Positions 8,970-20,689 of a stretch of 64,000 nucleotides of DNA are shown piece after piece. Position 1 is the stretch's first letter. Every line of letters begins with the position of its first letter. Position numbers and translations under genes: made by a program. The DNA comes from Sulfuritalea sp. Lineage in GTDB: Bacteria; Pseudomonadota; Gammaproteobacteria; Burkholderiales; Burkholderiaceae_C. Location of the stretch: positions 999 to 64,998 of the forward strand of contig JAIPDD010000001.1 of assembly GCA_021737875.1 (NCBI GenBank). Direction: 5' to 3'. The notes beneath the pieces were generated by a model, which was given only the letters and a program-made list of their open reading frames with translations, searched no databases and had not been told where the DNA came from.

Positions 8970-9850
8970 GCTTGCCTCCGTTGGCCCAAAACCCAGGTTT
9001 CAATGGCTGCCACGATGCCCGTGAGCGTTAAGCCCAGCAGGGCAGACATGACCAAGGCGGACCAAATTTGAATCGTCTGACCGTAATACGAGCCCGTGAG
9101 CAAGCGGGCGCCCAGGCCGGCTTGTGCGCCTGTGGGCAATTCGGCCACCATGGCGCCGACAAGACCTGCCGCAATGCCTACCCGCAAAGCAGGAAACAAA
9201 AACGGCAACGCTGCAGGTAAACGCAGCATCCATAGGGCTTGCCAACGCGACGCGGCGTAGGTGTGCATCATTTCTGTTTCAATCACTTGCGGCGAGCGCA
9301 AGCCTTGCACCATGGCCACGGTCACCGGAAAGAAGCACAAGTACATGGCAATGACCGCTTTGGGTGCGACGCCCGAAAACCCCATGCTTCCCAAAATCAC
9401 CAGCACGATAGGCGCAATCGCGAGAACGGGCACGGATTGCGAAGCCACGACCCAAGGCAACAGCGCACGGTCCAGCGTGCGGGAATGGACGATGCAAATA
9501 GAAAGCACCAAGCCCAGCACAGTTCCCATGGCAAAACCCACCAAGGTGGACTCCCCGGTGACTGCAACGTGGTAAAGCAAGTTGCGCGGTGAATCCAGCG
9601 GCCAATCCACCAGGCTGGTCCATAAATCAGCAGCGACTTGGTGGGGGGCCGGCAACACAGGGCGTTGCATATTCAAAGTGGCCTGGACCAAGTCTTGCCA
9701 AGTCCATGGGCCTAGAGCATCAAGAACCCGCTCAATCGCGCCTGGTGCGTTGAGGTACACCGTAAGCCCATACCATGCGATCACCACGGCGAGCACAACG
9801 ACCGCAATGGGAAAGATCGACGAGGCAGACGGCTTATTCGTCGTGGCCAT
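8966..9850 (-). CDS. ABC transporter permease (NitT/TauT type)
   Basis: SQSVPVLAIAP; LRLPAALPFLFPALR...VAELP. Start placed at MATTNK (9850). Confidence 0.88.
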   Translation of the reverse strand: MATTNKPSASSIFPIAVVVLAVVIAWYGLTVYLNAPGAIERVLDALGPWTWQDLVQATLNMQRPVLPAPHQVAADLWTSLVDWPLDSPRNLLYHVAVTGESTLVGFAMGTVLGLVLSICIVHSRTLDRALLPWVVASQSVPVLAIAPIVLVILGSMGFSGVAPKAVIAMYLCFFPVTVAMVQGLRSPQVIETEMMHTYAASRWQALWMLRLPAALPFLFPALRVGIAAGLVGAMVAELPTGAQAGLGARLLTGSYYGQTIQIWSALVMSALLGLTLTGIVAAIETWVLGQRRQA

Positions 9851-10640
9851 CGGCAAGCGCCTCTCGAACTGCGTGGGCGAGCGCAACAAATTCAGGAGAA
9901 TCGCGCAAGCCCAGGTGGCGCTCATCAGGCAAGGTCGAATCAATCACGCGGACAATGCGACCGGGGCGCGGAGACATCACCACAATGCGCGTGGAGAGGT
10001 AGACCGCCTCCGCAATGGAGTGGGTTACAAAGACCACGGTGCGACGCTCGCGCTGCCACAGTTGTTGCAGCTGTTCATTGAGCCGGTCGCGGGTGATTTC
10101 GTCAAGCGCCCCAAAGGGCTCATCCATCATGAGAATGCGGGGCTCAAAAGACAAGGCCCGCGCAATCGAGGCCCGCTGTTGCATGCCACCCGAGAGTTGC
10201 CATGGGTATTTACTTTCAAACCCAGTGAGCCCGACGCGTTCGATGTGCTGTCTGGCAATGGCTTCACACTCTGCAGAACTTCGCCCTTGGATTTGCAGTG
10301 GCAGTTTGACATTGCCTAGAACGGTTCGCCAAGGAAATAAGGCGGGTGCTTGAAACACATAGCCGTAAGCGCGCGCTAGTCTGGCCTCATGGGGACTCAC
10401 CCCGTTGACCAATACGCTGCCTGACGTAATGTGCTCTAGATCCGCAATCACACGAAGCAAGGTGGTTTTTCCGCAGCCTGAGGGGCCAATGAGAGACACA
10501 AATTCGCCTGGCGCAATCGACAGATCAATGTCTGCAAGCGCGTGAACCGGTGCTTGAAGTGGGTTGTAGATGAGAGACGCTTGGGTGACCTGTACCGCGG
10601 GTACGGTAGAAGCTTGGCTATGCAAAGGCGATGGAGTCAT
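9834..10640 (-). CDS. ABC transporter ATP-binding protein
   Basis: GPSGCGKTT Walker A, LSGGMQQR signature, MDEPFGALD, VTHS. Confidence 0.95.
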   Translation of the reverse strand: MTPSPLHSQASTVPAVQVTQASLIYNPLQAPVHALADIDLSIAPGEFVSLIGPSGCGKTTLLRVIADLEHITSGSVLVNGVSPHEARLARAYGYVFQAPALFPWRTVLGNVKLPLQIQGRSSAECEAIARQHIERVGLTGFESKYPWQLSGGMQQRASIARALSFEPRILMMDEPFGALDEITRDRLNEQLQQLWQRERRTVVFVTHSIAEAVYLSTRIVVMSPRPGRIVRVIDSTLPDERHLGLRDSPEFVALAHAVREALADGHDE

Positions 10641-10655
10641 TCAGAAAATTCTCAA

Positions 10656-11960
10656 TTAATCAGAGAGCGGAGTTGAATCATGCTTCATTGCCGTGTTGCT
10701 GGGTCTGCCCGGCATGTGCAAGGTACTGACAGTTTCAGGGGAGTGTGCGATGAGTTTACCGCGCCTGTAAACGCGCAAGCGATTTGCCCGAAGGCGGATG
10801 GCCTCTACCGGGTCACTCGCTTGCAGGAGCACAAAATCAGCATAGCAACCGGCTCGAATGCCATAGCCCTCGAGCCCCAAAACCCTTGCGGGGTTTTGCG
10901 TCACTGCCTCAAAGCATTGCCGCATTGCTGCCTGGCTTGTCATTTGGGCTACATGCAGACCCATGTGGGCGACCTCTAGCATGTCCCCGCTACCGAGGGA
11001 GTACCACGGATCCATAACGCAGTCTTGACCGAAGGCGACGTTAATTCCTGCAGCCAGTAACTCAGGAACACGGGTCATACCTCGCCGTTTAGGGTAGGTG
11101 TCATGTCGACCCTGCAGGGTGATATTGATCAGTGGGTTCGAGACCACCTGTATATCTGCCTGCGCCATGAGTGGGATGAGCTTACTCACGTAGTAGTTGT
11201 CCATGCTGTGCATGGAGGTCAAGTGCGAACCCGTCACGCGTCCTTGCAGTCCGAGGCGTTGTGTTTCGTAGGTCAGAGTTTCGATGTGGCGAGACAGGGG
11301 GTCATCCGACTCGTCACAATGCATATCGACGCGCAGACCGCGCTGAGCCGCAAGTTCACAGAGTAACTTAACGCTCAATGCGCCGTCTGCCATGGTGCGT
11401 TCAAAGTGCGGGATACCTCCCACGACATCGACACCCCGGTCTAATGCGCGTTTGAGCGTATCGACGTGTTCTTGCGGACCGGTTTTCCCTCGAAGTAAGC
11501 CGTCTTGCGGAAAAGCCACCAGCTGCAAATCGATATAGGGCGCAACCTTGCGTTTGACTTCCATCAAGGCATCAACTGCAAGAAGGCGTGGGTCACAGAC
11601 ATCAACGTGGGTTCGAATCGCCAACAGCCCGTTAGCGACTGCCCAATCGCAATACGCCATGGCCCGCTTCACCAAAGCGTCGTGTGTGAGCATTGGTTTG
11701 AGTTCGCCCCACAGAGCGATTCCTTCAAGCAGCGTGCCTGACTGGTTCACGCGTGGTAGTCCGAAGCTCAACGTAGCGTCCATATGAAAGTGAGCGTCTA
11801 CAAAGGGCGGGCTTAGCAAGTGGCCTTGTGCATCAAGTATTTCGTGCGCTTGGGCCGATAAGTGGGATGAAACTTCGACAATTCGGCCGTCTTGGACGGC
11901 GACGCAAACACCTTTACGACCATCAGCCAGGTTGGCGTTTTGAATGAGCAAGTCAAGCAT
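10656..11960 (-). CDS. codA: Cytosine deaminase-like amidohydrolase
   Basis: PPFVDAHFHMD, GTLLEGI, LQLVAFPQDG, MHCDESDDP, FGQDCVMDPWYSLG match bacterial CodA. Confidence 0.85.
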   Translation of the reverse strand: MLDLLIQNANLADGRKGVCVAVQDGRIVEVSSHLSAQAHEILDAQGHLLSPPFVDAHFHMDATLSFGLPRVNQSGTLLEGIALWGELKPMLTHDALVKRAMAYCDWAVANGLLAIRTHVDVCDPRLLAVDALMEVKRKVAPYIDLQLVAFPQDGLLRGKTGPQEHVDTLKRALDRGVDVVGGIPHFERTMADGALSVKLLCELAAQRGLRVDMHCDESDDPLSRHIETLTYETQRLGLQGRVTGSHLTSMHSMDNYYVSKLIPLMAQADIQVVSNPLINITLQGRHDTYPKRRGMTRVPELLAAGINVAFGQDCVMDPWYSLGSGDMLEVAHMGLHVAQMTSQAAMRQCFEAVTQNPARVLGLEGYGIRAGCYADFVLLQASDPVEAIRLRANRLRVYRRGKLIAHSPETVSTLHMPGRPSNTAMKHDSTPLSD

Positions 11961-12884
11961 TTAGCGTTCGCCTTTGCGGTAAGGTTTCATCAATGCTTGT
12001 GGGTAGCTAGCCTTGCGTGCAACCAGCACCAAGGCAACTATCGATAGCACGTAGGGAAGCATCAAATACAGTTGGTAGGGAAGGACCGCCCCACCTGTTT
12101 GCTGCAAGCGCAGTTGAAGCGCGTCAAAAAATGCAAACAACAAAGCGCCGAGCAAAGCTTTGCCTGGCCGCCAGGATGCAAATACTACCAATGCAACACA
12201 GATCCAGCCCCGCCCATTGACCATATTGAAGAAGAAAGCATTAAAGGCAGACAAGGTCAAAAATGAGCCAGCTACCCCCATGAGCGCGGAGCCCACCATA
12301 ATTGCCCCGGTTCTGACGGCCAGAACGGATACCCCTTGGCCTTCTGCTGCTTGGGGGTTCTCGCCCACCATCCGCACCGCCAGACCTACGGGGGTGCGGT
12401 ACAGCACGTATCCTAAGACGGGCACAAGCAAAAGAGCCAACAAGGTCAGAGGTGTTTGCTGATCCAAAATGGGAATTCCCAGTCCGTCCATTGCAGAAAA
12501 TGGCGTTACTGTGGGCGGCGTGCTTACTTTTGGAAAGGTGACCCTGTAGCCGTAATAACTCACCGCAGTGGCCAGCAAAGTAATTCCCAATCCGCAAACA
12601 TGCTGTGACAAAGCGAGTACCACGGTAAAAAATGCATGGAACAGGCCCAACATCATTCCTACGGCGGCTGCAGTAAGCACGCCAAGCCAAAGCGGGGCCC
12701 CCCAGTAGACTGCCAACCACCCGCTAAAAGCCCCAGCCACCATCATTCCTTCAATACCTAAGTTCAAAACCCCTGCGCGCTCGCAAAGTAACACCCCCAA
12801 AGTGCCAAAAATAAGTGGGGTTGCAATCCTGAGTACAGCGACCCAAAAAGCGGCATTGGCCATGATGTCCAAAAACGCGCTCAT
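11961..12884 (-). CDS. Nucleoside/sugar (CUT2) ABC permease
   Basis: ERAGVLNLGIEG, VGENPQAA, GRGWIC motifs. Confidence 0.9.
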   Translation of the reverse strand: MSAFLDIMANAAFWVAVLRIATPLIFGTLGVLLCERAGVLNLGIEGMMVAGAFSGWLAVYWGAPLWLGVLTAAAVGMMLGLFHAFFTVVLALSQHVCGLGITLLATAVSYYGYRVTFPKVSTPPTVTPFSAMDGLGIPILDQQTPLTLLALLLVPVLGYVLYRTPVGLAVRMVGENPQAAEGQGVSVLAVRTGAIMVGSALMGVAGSFLTLSAFNAFFFNMVNGRGWICVALVVFASWRPGKALLGALLFAFFDALQLRLQQTGGAVLPYQLYLMLPYVLSIVALVLVARKASYPQALMKPYRKGER

Positions 12885-13942
12885 CGTAGTCGTACCCGGT
12901 ATTGAGTGAGCATCGACGCCACCATGACTGACAACAGCGACGTGGCGACAATCACATCAGCAATAAAGGTTGGCACTCCAACTGCGCGGCTCATGCTGTC
13001 GGCGCCTACCATCACCCCTGCCACCAGCAAGCTCGCAGCTAAAACGCCAAGTGGATGCAGCCCAGCTAACATAGCAATCACTATGCCTGAGTAACCGTAC
13101 CCCGGTGACATGTCCAAGGTAACGTAACTGGTGCGCCCGGCCACTTCAATAGCCCCTGCCAGACCCGCCAAGCCGCCCGATAAAAGCGCCACCCATAAGG
13201 TTGTTTTTGAGATTGAAACTCCAGCAAAAGCGCTAGCGCGGGAACTCGCTCCCACGGCACGGATATCAAAGCCTAAAACCGTAAATTTCATCAGCACCCA
13301 CAAGCCAATGGCAAGAAAACATGCGCCGATTAAGCCGCTATGGACTCGCGTTTGTGGAATTAATTTGGTTAATTCCAATTCACTGTTAAGCGCCACACTT
13401 TGCGGCCAACCCATTGCAGAAGGATCTTTCATAGGGCCATCAAGCATCATGGAGACAAATAAAAGCGCGATGAAGTTAAGTAGCAAAGTAGTTACTACTT
13501 CGTCTACGCCCAGATGTGACTTCAGTAGCGCAGGACCGAGCAACATCAGTGCGCCAGCCAAAGCAGCAGCGACAATCATGAAAATAAATAACAAGCCAGG
13601 CGCAATGGTAAAACCGGAGCCTCCATGGAGACCTCCAACGGCAACTGCAGCTAAAGCCCCTGCATACAGCTGGCCCTCAGCGCCGATATTGAACAAGCGT
13701 GCCTTGAATGCCACAGCGGCAGCCAGCCCGGTGAGCATCAGCGGTATGGCGCGCGTGAGCGTTTCGCTGAGTGCAACAACCGAACCAAAGGCGCCTTGAA
13801 GGAGTAAAACATAGGTGCGGCCTACGGGTGCCCCCGCCCAGAGCACCAATAAAGCACTGACTGCAAGGGTGAAAATCAAGGCACTTAACGGTGCCCATAC
13901 GAAGGCACCTCTGGACGGTTGGATGCGTTTTTCGATTCTCAT
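12881..13942 (-). CDS. Nucleoside/sugar (CUT2) ABC permease
   Basis: FNIGAEGQ, EVVTTLLLNF, GYGYSGIVIA. Start at MRIEKR. Confidence 0.9.
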   Translation of the reverse strand: MRIEKRIQPSRGAFVWAPLSALIFTLAVSALLVLWAGAPVGRTYVLLLQGAFGSVVALSETLTRAIPLMLTGLAAAVAFKARLFNIGAEGQLYAGALAAVAVGGLHGGSGFTIAPGLLFIFMIVAAALAGALMLLGPALLKSHLGVDEVVTTLLLNFIALLFVSMMLDGPMKDPSAMGWPQSVALNSELELTKLIPQTRVHSGLIGACFLAIGLWVLMKFTVLGFDIRAVGASSRASAFAGVSISKTTLWVALLSGGLAGLAGAIEVAGRTSYVTLDMSPGYGYSGIVIAMLAGLHPLGVLAASLLVAGVMVGADSMSRAVGVPTFIADVIVATSLLSVMVASMLTQYRVRLR

Positions 13943-15525
13943 GCCATTGCAGCGGCAGCGCTGAAATGGGGTGTACAAGCGCTGCTCAAGGATGCCGTAT
14001 CTGCCCCAGCCATGGCCAGACCGATAGCTTCACGGCTCCATTGTTTCGTTTCGCGTGCGGGAGTGATGTGGCCGGCATGCATTACCGCAATGCGGTCGCC
14101 CATGGTTAGAACTTCGTCGAGGTCATCTGATATCAGAAGTACCGCAGCGCCAGCGTCACGTGCAGCTAGGAGTTGGGCCTGCACATAGGCTACAGCACCA
14201 ATGTCAAGACCCCAGGTTGGCTGGTGTGCAACGATCAACTCTGGGACTGGGGCATCTTTGCCTGTGACTGCTTTAGGGTGTAAAAGCGCACGTCCCAAAA
14301 TCAGTTTCTGCATATTTCCCCCCGAGAGGGATCGTGAAGATACGTTTGCGCCACCACCACGCACATCAAAGGCAGCAATCAATGCTTGGCAATAGGTCTT
14401 CGCGACACGCCGACGGACCCATCCCCAGCGTGAAAAATCCGCGCTATGCAATCTTTCGGCGGCGGCATTTTCCCAAACCGCAAGGTCACCTATCAGTCCC
14501 ACGCCATGGCGATCTTCTGGAATGCGTGCCACCCCCAAAGCAACCAGTTTGGCTGGATTCGCAGGCAAGGGCTTGCCCTGGAAAATGACTTGCCCAGAGC
14601 TCATGCGCTTGGTTCCGCAAAGTAGCTCGGCTAATGCCAGTTGCCCATTGCCTGAGATTCCAGCAATGGCAAAAATTTCACCCCGATGCATAGTGAGTGA
14701 AACCCCTTTCAAGCACTCTCTAGCAGGAGCAGTATGTACCTGATGCATTTCACAAACGGGTGAGCCTATTTTTTCGCTGGGATGTCGTTGAGGCGGCGCA
14801 ATAGCATGCCCAACCATCCATTGCGCCAGCTCAGCTTGCGAAGTTTTGGCTGTCGTTGACTGAGCTACTAGCTTGCCTGCGCGAAGGACTGCTACGCGGT
14901 CAGACACGCGGATCACTTCATTGAGTTTGTGGCTGATAAATATGATGGACAAACCCTGCGCTACCATTTGAGCGAGCACTGTAAAAAGGGCTTCACTCTC
15001 GGTTGGCGTGAGTACCGCCGTGGGTTCATCCATGATCAAAATGCGTGCGCCACGAAACAGCGCCTTTAATATCTCAACCCGTTGCCTCTCGCCCACCGAA
15101 AGCGTACCAACAAGAGCATGCGGATCAACAAAAAGCCCAAAGCGTTGTGAGATGTCCAGCAACTTTTTCAGGGCAGCCCGGTTGTGAAAAAAAGGCATCC
15201 ACAGTGACTCGGACCCCATGCGAACATTGTCTAGAACCGTTAAGTTATCGGCAAGCGTGAAATGTTGGTGAACCATCCCAATGCCCGCTGCCAGCGAAGC
15301 ATTGGGATCGCTAGGCGGAAGTGGTTTACCAAAGGCTTCAATTTTTCCGGAATCTGCAGCATAGTGCCCAAACAAAATAGACACCAGCGTGGACTTGCCA
15401 GCACCGTTCTCACCCAGCAGCGCCAACACCTCGCCTCTTTGTAAATGCAAAGAAATGGAGTCGTTGGCCACCAAGTTGCCAAAGCGCTTGGTGATCTGCG
15501 TAAGCGTCAGAACGGTGTCTTGCAT
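13939..15525 (-). CDS. CUT2 ABC ATP-binding protein with duplicated NBD
   Basis: GENGAGKST, LSVGERQRVEI, IPEDR, LSGGNMQK. Start at MQDTVL. Confidence 0.93.
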   Translation of the reverse strand: MQDTVLTLTQITKRFGNLVANDSISLHLQRGEVLALLGENGAGKSTLVSILFGHYAADSGKIEAFGKPLPPSDPNASLAAGIGMVHQHFTLADNLTVLDNVRMGSESLWMPFFHNRAALKKLLDISQRFGLFVDPHALVGTLSVGERQRVEILKALFRGARILIMDEPTAVLTPTESEALFTVLAQMVAQGLSIIFISHKLNEVIRVSDRVAVLRAGKLVAQSTTAKTSQAELAQWMVGHAIAPPQRHPSEKIGSPVCEMHQVHTAPARECLKGVSLTMHRGEIFAIAGISGNGQLALAELLCGTKRMSSGQVIFQGKPLPANPAKLVALGVARIPEDRHGVGLIGDLAVWENAAAERLHSADFSRWGWVRRRVAKTYCQALIAAFDVRGGGANVSSRSLSGGNMQKLILGRALLHPKAVTGKDAPVPELIVAHQPTWGLDIGAVAYVQAQLLAARDAGAAVLLISDDLDEVLTMGDRIAVMHAGHITPARETKQWSREAIGLAMAGADTASLSSACTPHFSAAAAMA

Positions 15526-15529
15526 CCGT

Positions 15530-16531
15530 TTATTTGGCGTTCGATTTGGGCTGGTTGTCATCCACCTTCACGGTGAACTTACCCTCAAGAATAAGTTTTT
15601 CTTTTGCCTTCATTTTTGCCACAATAGCTGCAGGAACCTTCTTTTCGAAAGTCCCCAGCGGCGCCAGCGACGATCCTTTGTATTTCATCATCGAATACTG
15701 CCCATAGTCTTCGGCAGTGAACTTGCCTTCTTTAACGAGTTTGATTGCACGGTCAGCAGAAGGCTCAAAATGCCAAATGGCTGATGCAACAACGGTATCG
15801 GGATATTGGGCCTGGGTGTTGATGACATTGCCGATGGCATATTTGCCTTTTTCTTTGGCTGCATCAGATACACCGAATCGCTCGGCATACAAAACGTCTG
15901 CACCTTTGTCGATCATTGCAAACGCTGCTTCCTTTGCTTTTGGCGGGTCAAACCAGCTGTTGATAAAGCTCACACTGAATTCGATCTTTGGATTTACCTC
16001 TAATGCACCAGCCATAAAGGCATTCATTAGGCGATTGACCTCAGGAATTGGAAATCCTCCGACCATGCCGATTTTGTTGCTCTTGGTCATGCCAGCCGCC
16101 ACCATGCCTGATAAATAGGCTGGCTCTTGGATGTAATTGTCAAAAGTGCTGAAATTTGGCGCTTGGGGTTGACCGCTCGAGCCCATTAAAAAAGACACTT
16201 TTGGGAAGTCTTTGGCCACTTTGCGCGCAGCGGCTTCGACAGCGAAGGCTTCTCCTACGATGAGCGTATTTCCAGCCGAAGCGTACTCGCGCATGACACG
16301 CTCATAGTCCGCATTGGAGACGTTTTCACTGGCTTTGTATTCGATGTCGCCGCGTGCTTGCGCAGCTTTTAACGCATTGTGCAGTCGTCCCGCCCATTGC
16401 TGTTCAAAAGGAACGGTGTAAATTCCCGCTACTTTGGGTTTAGCTTGCGCCATCAACAAAGTGGGGGCAAGGCCCACCATGGCGGCGGCCAAGACGACAA
16501 GGTTTCTGCGGCTTAGTGTTTTCATAGACAT
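15530..16531 (-). CDS. BMP-family ABC substrate-binding protein (nucleoside/nucleobase)
   Basis: SRRNL Tat-like signal; AYLSGMVAAGMTKSNKIG; SWFDPPKAKEAA. Confidence 0.88.
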   Translation of the reverse strand: MSMKTLSRRNLVVLAAAMVGLAPTLLMAQAKPKVAGIYTVPFEQQWAGRLHNALKAAQARGDIEYKASENVSNADYERVMREYASAGNTLIVGEAFAVEAAARKVAKDFPKVSFLMGSSGQPQAPNFSTFDNYIQEPAYLSGMVAAGMTKSNKIGMVGGFPIPEVNRLMNAFMAGALEVNPKIEFSVSFINSWFDPPKAKEAAFAMIDKGADVLYAERFGVSDAAKEKGKYAIGNVINTQAQYPDTVVASAIWHFEPSADRAIKLVKEGKFTAEDYGQYSMMKYKGSSLAPLGTFEKKVPAAIVAKMKAKEKLILEGKFTVKVDDNQPKSNAK

Positions 16532-16588
16532 AGCATCTCCAGTTGGGGTAAAAAATGAAGCGAACTTCAGGGGGGGACTCTTAGACTC

Positions 16589-17839
16589 TTAGGTACCGGC
16601 GCGCTCAAGCATAGCGTGCAGTAGCACGTTGCAGCCAGCCGTAATGTGCTCAGGTGTGGCGTCTTCTATTTCGTTGTGACTGATACCGTCTTTGCAAGGA
16701 ATAAAGATCATGCCGCTGGATGCCAATTTCGCCATGTACACCGCGTCATGCCCTGCGCCTGAAACCACAGGCATATTGGAATACCCCAGTTTTTTGGCGG
16801 CACGGGCGACGGCGTCAATACAGTCATCGTGAAAGCCAATGGCCGAGTAGCTCGACACCATTTCAATCTTCACATCCAAGCCGCTTTCCTTGGCGATCTT
16901 GGCAGCATAGGCTTTGACTTCATCGACCATCTGGTCCACCAGCGCATCAGTCGCGTTACGCAGGTCAATGGAAAATTTCACGCGCCCCGGGATCACGTTG
17001 CGGCTGTTGGGGTGGACTTGCACCATGCCCACGGTGCCTCGTCCGTGGGGTGCATGGCGCAGCGCAGCAGCGACCACCTCTTGCATGATGTGGGTGGAGA
17101 TTTGCATGGCGTCTCGGCGCAGCGCCATCGGTGTGGGGCCTGCATGGGCTTCCATGCCTGTAACGGTGCAGTCAAACCAGCGAATGCCCAATACGCCTTG
17201 CACCACGCCAATCGTGATGTCGTTATCTTCTAATACGGGCCCTTGTTCGATGTGGGTTTCAAAATAGGCGCCAATGGGATGGTCGCCAGGCTCTTGGTCG
17301 CCGACATAGCCAATCCGGTGGAGTTCGTCCTTTACAGATTTACCTTCGGTGTCCGTAGCTGCGTACGCATGCTCCAAGGTAAAGGCTTTGGCAAAGACGC
17401 CAGAGCCCATCATCACAGGCACAAAGCGTGAGCCCTCTTCATTGGTCCAGAAAGCGACTTCAATTGGGGCCTCGGTTTCAATCCCTAAATCGTTGAGGGT
17501 TCGAACGACTTCAATGCCTGCCAATACGCCGTAATTGCCATCGAATTTTCCGCCCGTGGGTTGGGTGTCGATGTGGCTACCCGTCATGATGGGTGGCAGT
17601 GAATTATTGCGTCCGGCTCTGCGCATGAAGCCATTGCCGATTTTGTCAATCGTGACCGTCATGCCCGCTTCCCGCGCCCAGCGCGTGACCAAGTCGCGGC
17701 CTTGTTTGTCCAGGTCAGTCAGCGTGAGGCGGCACACACCGCCCTTTGGGGTAGCGCCAATTTTTGCCAGCTCCATGAGTGAAGCCCAAAGGCGGTCGCC
17801 GTTGATACGCAAGGTGTCTAAATTAACGTGGGTCGTCAT
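16589..17839 (-). CDS. pydC: Beta-ureidopropionase / N-carbamoyl-amino acid hydrolase (M20 Zn hydrolase)
   Basis: GSHIDTQPTGGKFDG, WTNEEGSRF, HIEQGP, SGAGHDA, GISHNE. Follows hydA; GGAGA RBS. Confidence 0.88.
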   Translation of the reverse strand: MTTHVNLDTLRINGDRLWASLMELAKIGATPKGGVCRLTLTDLDKQGRDLVTRWAREAGMTVTIDKIGNGFMRRAGRNNSLPPIMTGSHIDTQPTGGKFDGNYGVLAGIEVVRTLNDLGIETEAPIEVAFWTNEEGSRFVPVMMGSGVFAKAFTLEHAYAATDTEGKSVKDELHRIGYVGDQEPGDHPIGAYFETHIEQGPVLEDNDITIGVVQGVLGIRWFDCTVTGMEAHAGPTPMALRRDAMQISTHIMQEVVAAALRHAPHGRGTVGMVQVHPNSRNVIPGRVKFSIDLRNATDALVDQMVDEVKAYAAKIAKESGLDVKIEMVSSYSAIGFHDDCIDAVARAAKKLGYSNMPVVSGAGHDAVYMAKLASSGMIFIPCKDGISHNEIEDATPEHITAGCNVLLHAMLERAGT

Positions 17840-17855
17840 GAGGGTCTCCATTGAA

Positions 17856-19319
<1,464 letters not shown>

Positions 19320-19359
19320 TTATTGGAAATAGAAAAAACGCAACGTGCACATTGTGAAC

Positions 19360-20673
19360 CTAAGCGAGGGTGCCGGTTCGCATCGGGTTATTGGGGTGGG
19401 TGGTCCAGTCCGCGTGGTTTGCAGCAACTGGTTTTTTGGTCCGCGTATCGATATCGCCTGGGGACAGATCACGCATGGTGATGCATTCTGGAACCGGGCA
19501 GACGGTGACGCACAGATTGCAGCCAACGCACTCATCTTCTTTGACCTCGAAGTGCCGCACCCCGCCTTTGGACGCGGTGATCGCTTGGTGGGAGGTGTCC
19601 TCGCAAGCAATATGGCAGCGGCCGCATTGAATACAGCTGTCTTGGTTGATGACCGCTTTGGAAATATGGTTGAGGTTGAGAAAACGCCAATCCGATACGG
19701 TCGGGACAGCTTTGCCCACAATCTGCGACACCGATGTAAAGCCCATTTCATCCATGTAGTTGGACAGGCCATCGTTCATTTCTTGCACGATTTTGAAACC
19801 ATAGACCATTGCCGCGGTACACACTTGAACGGTTCCAGAACCCAAGGCAATAAAGTCAAGCGCATCACGCCAATTGCCGATGCCGCCAATGCCCGATATC
19901 GGCAGCCCCGCTGTTTGCGGGTCCCGCGCAATTTCGGCCACCATATTCAGAGCGATAGGTTTGACGGCCGGGCCACAGTAGCCTCCGTGCGACCCTTTGC
20001 CTCCGGTAGACGGGCTCATGGTGAGTGTGTAAGGGTCGACACCCATGATGGAGTTGATGGTGTTGATCAGCGAGACGGCATCTGCGCCTCCTTTTTTGGC
20101 AGCCCGGGCTGGGTTACGAATATCGGTGATGTTTGGGGTGAGTTTGACGATGACTGGAAGCTTGCTGTACTGCTTGCACCACTCGGTGACCATTTGGATG
20201 TATTCAGGCACCTGACCCACAGCTGCGCCCATTCCGCGCTCGCTCATGCCGTGTGGGCAGCCGAAGTTAAGCTCAATGCCATCCGCGCCTGTGTCCTCGA
20301 CTCTTGGCAAGATGGCCTTCCATGATTTTTCTTCACAAGGCACCATAAGAGAAACCACCATGGCGCGGTCGGGCCAGTTGCGTTTGACGTCGGTGATTTC
20401 TGTGAGGTTCAACTCAAGATCCCGGTCGGTGATCAGCTCAATGTTGTTAAAGCCCATCAAGCGTCGGTCTGGGGTGAGCAGCGCGCCGTAACGGGGACCA
20501 TTGACATTGACAATAGGTGGTCCTGCCTCGCCCAGTGTTTTCCAAACCACCCCACCCCAGCCGGCTTCAAACGCGCGGTTGACGTTGTAGGCCTTGTCGG
20601 TCGGGGGCGCAGAGGCTAGCCAAAAGGGGTTAGGACTGTGAATGCCAGCGAATTCGGTTTTGAGGTTTGCCAT
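19360..20673 (-). CDS. preA: NAD-dependent dihydropyrimidine dehydrogenase subunit PreA
   Basis: NPFWLASAPPT, ELNFGCPHGMSERGMG, KLTPN; two C-terminal 4Fe-4S motifs. Confidence 0.96.
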   Translation of the reverse strand: MANLKTEFAGIHSPNPFWLASAPPTDKAYNVNRAFEAGWGGVVWKTLGEAGPPIVNVNGPRYGALLTPDRRLMGFNNIELITDRDLELNLTEITDVKRNWPDRAMVVSLMVPCEEKSWKAILPRVEDTGADGIELNFGCPHGMSERGMGAAVGQVPEYIQMVTEWCKQYSKLPVIVKLTPNITDIRNPARAAKKGGADAVSLINTINSIMGVDPYTLTMSPSTGGKGSHGGYCGPAVKPIALNMVAEIARDPQTAGLPISGIGGIGNWRDALDFIALGSGTVQVCTAAMVYGFKIVQEMNDGLSNYMDEMGFTSVSQIVGKAVPTVSDWRFLNLNHISKAVINQDSCIQCGRCHIACEDTSHQAITASKGGVRHFEVKEDECVGCNLCVTVCPVPECITMRDLSPGDIDTRTKKPVAANHADWTTHPNNPMRTGTLA

Positions 20674-20689
20674 CGTGAAGTTCCCTAGT

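Noticed and set aside
19345-20325. 326-aa plus-strand ORF, and similar long antisense ORFs (691-1440, 24245-25114, 42876-43643, 56988-57755)
   Set aside because: They lie antisense to well-supported genes and have no recognisable motifs; they are shadow ORFs expected from codon bias.
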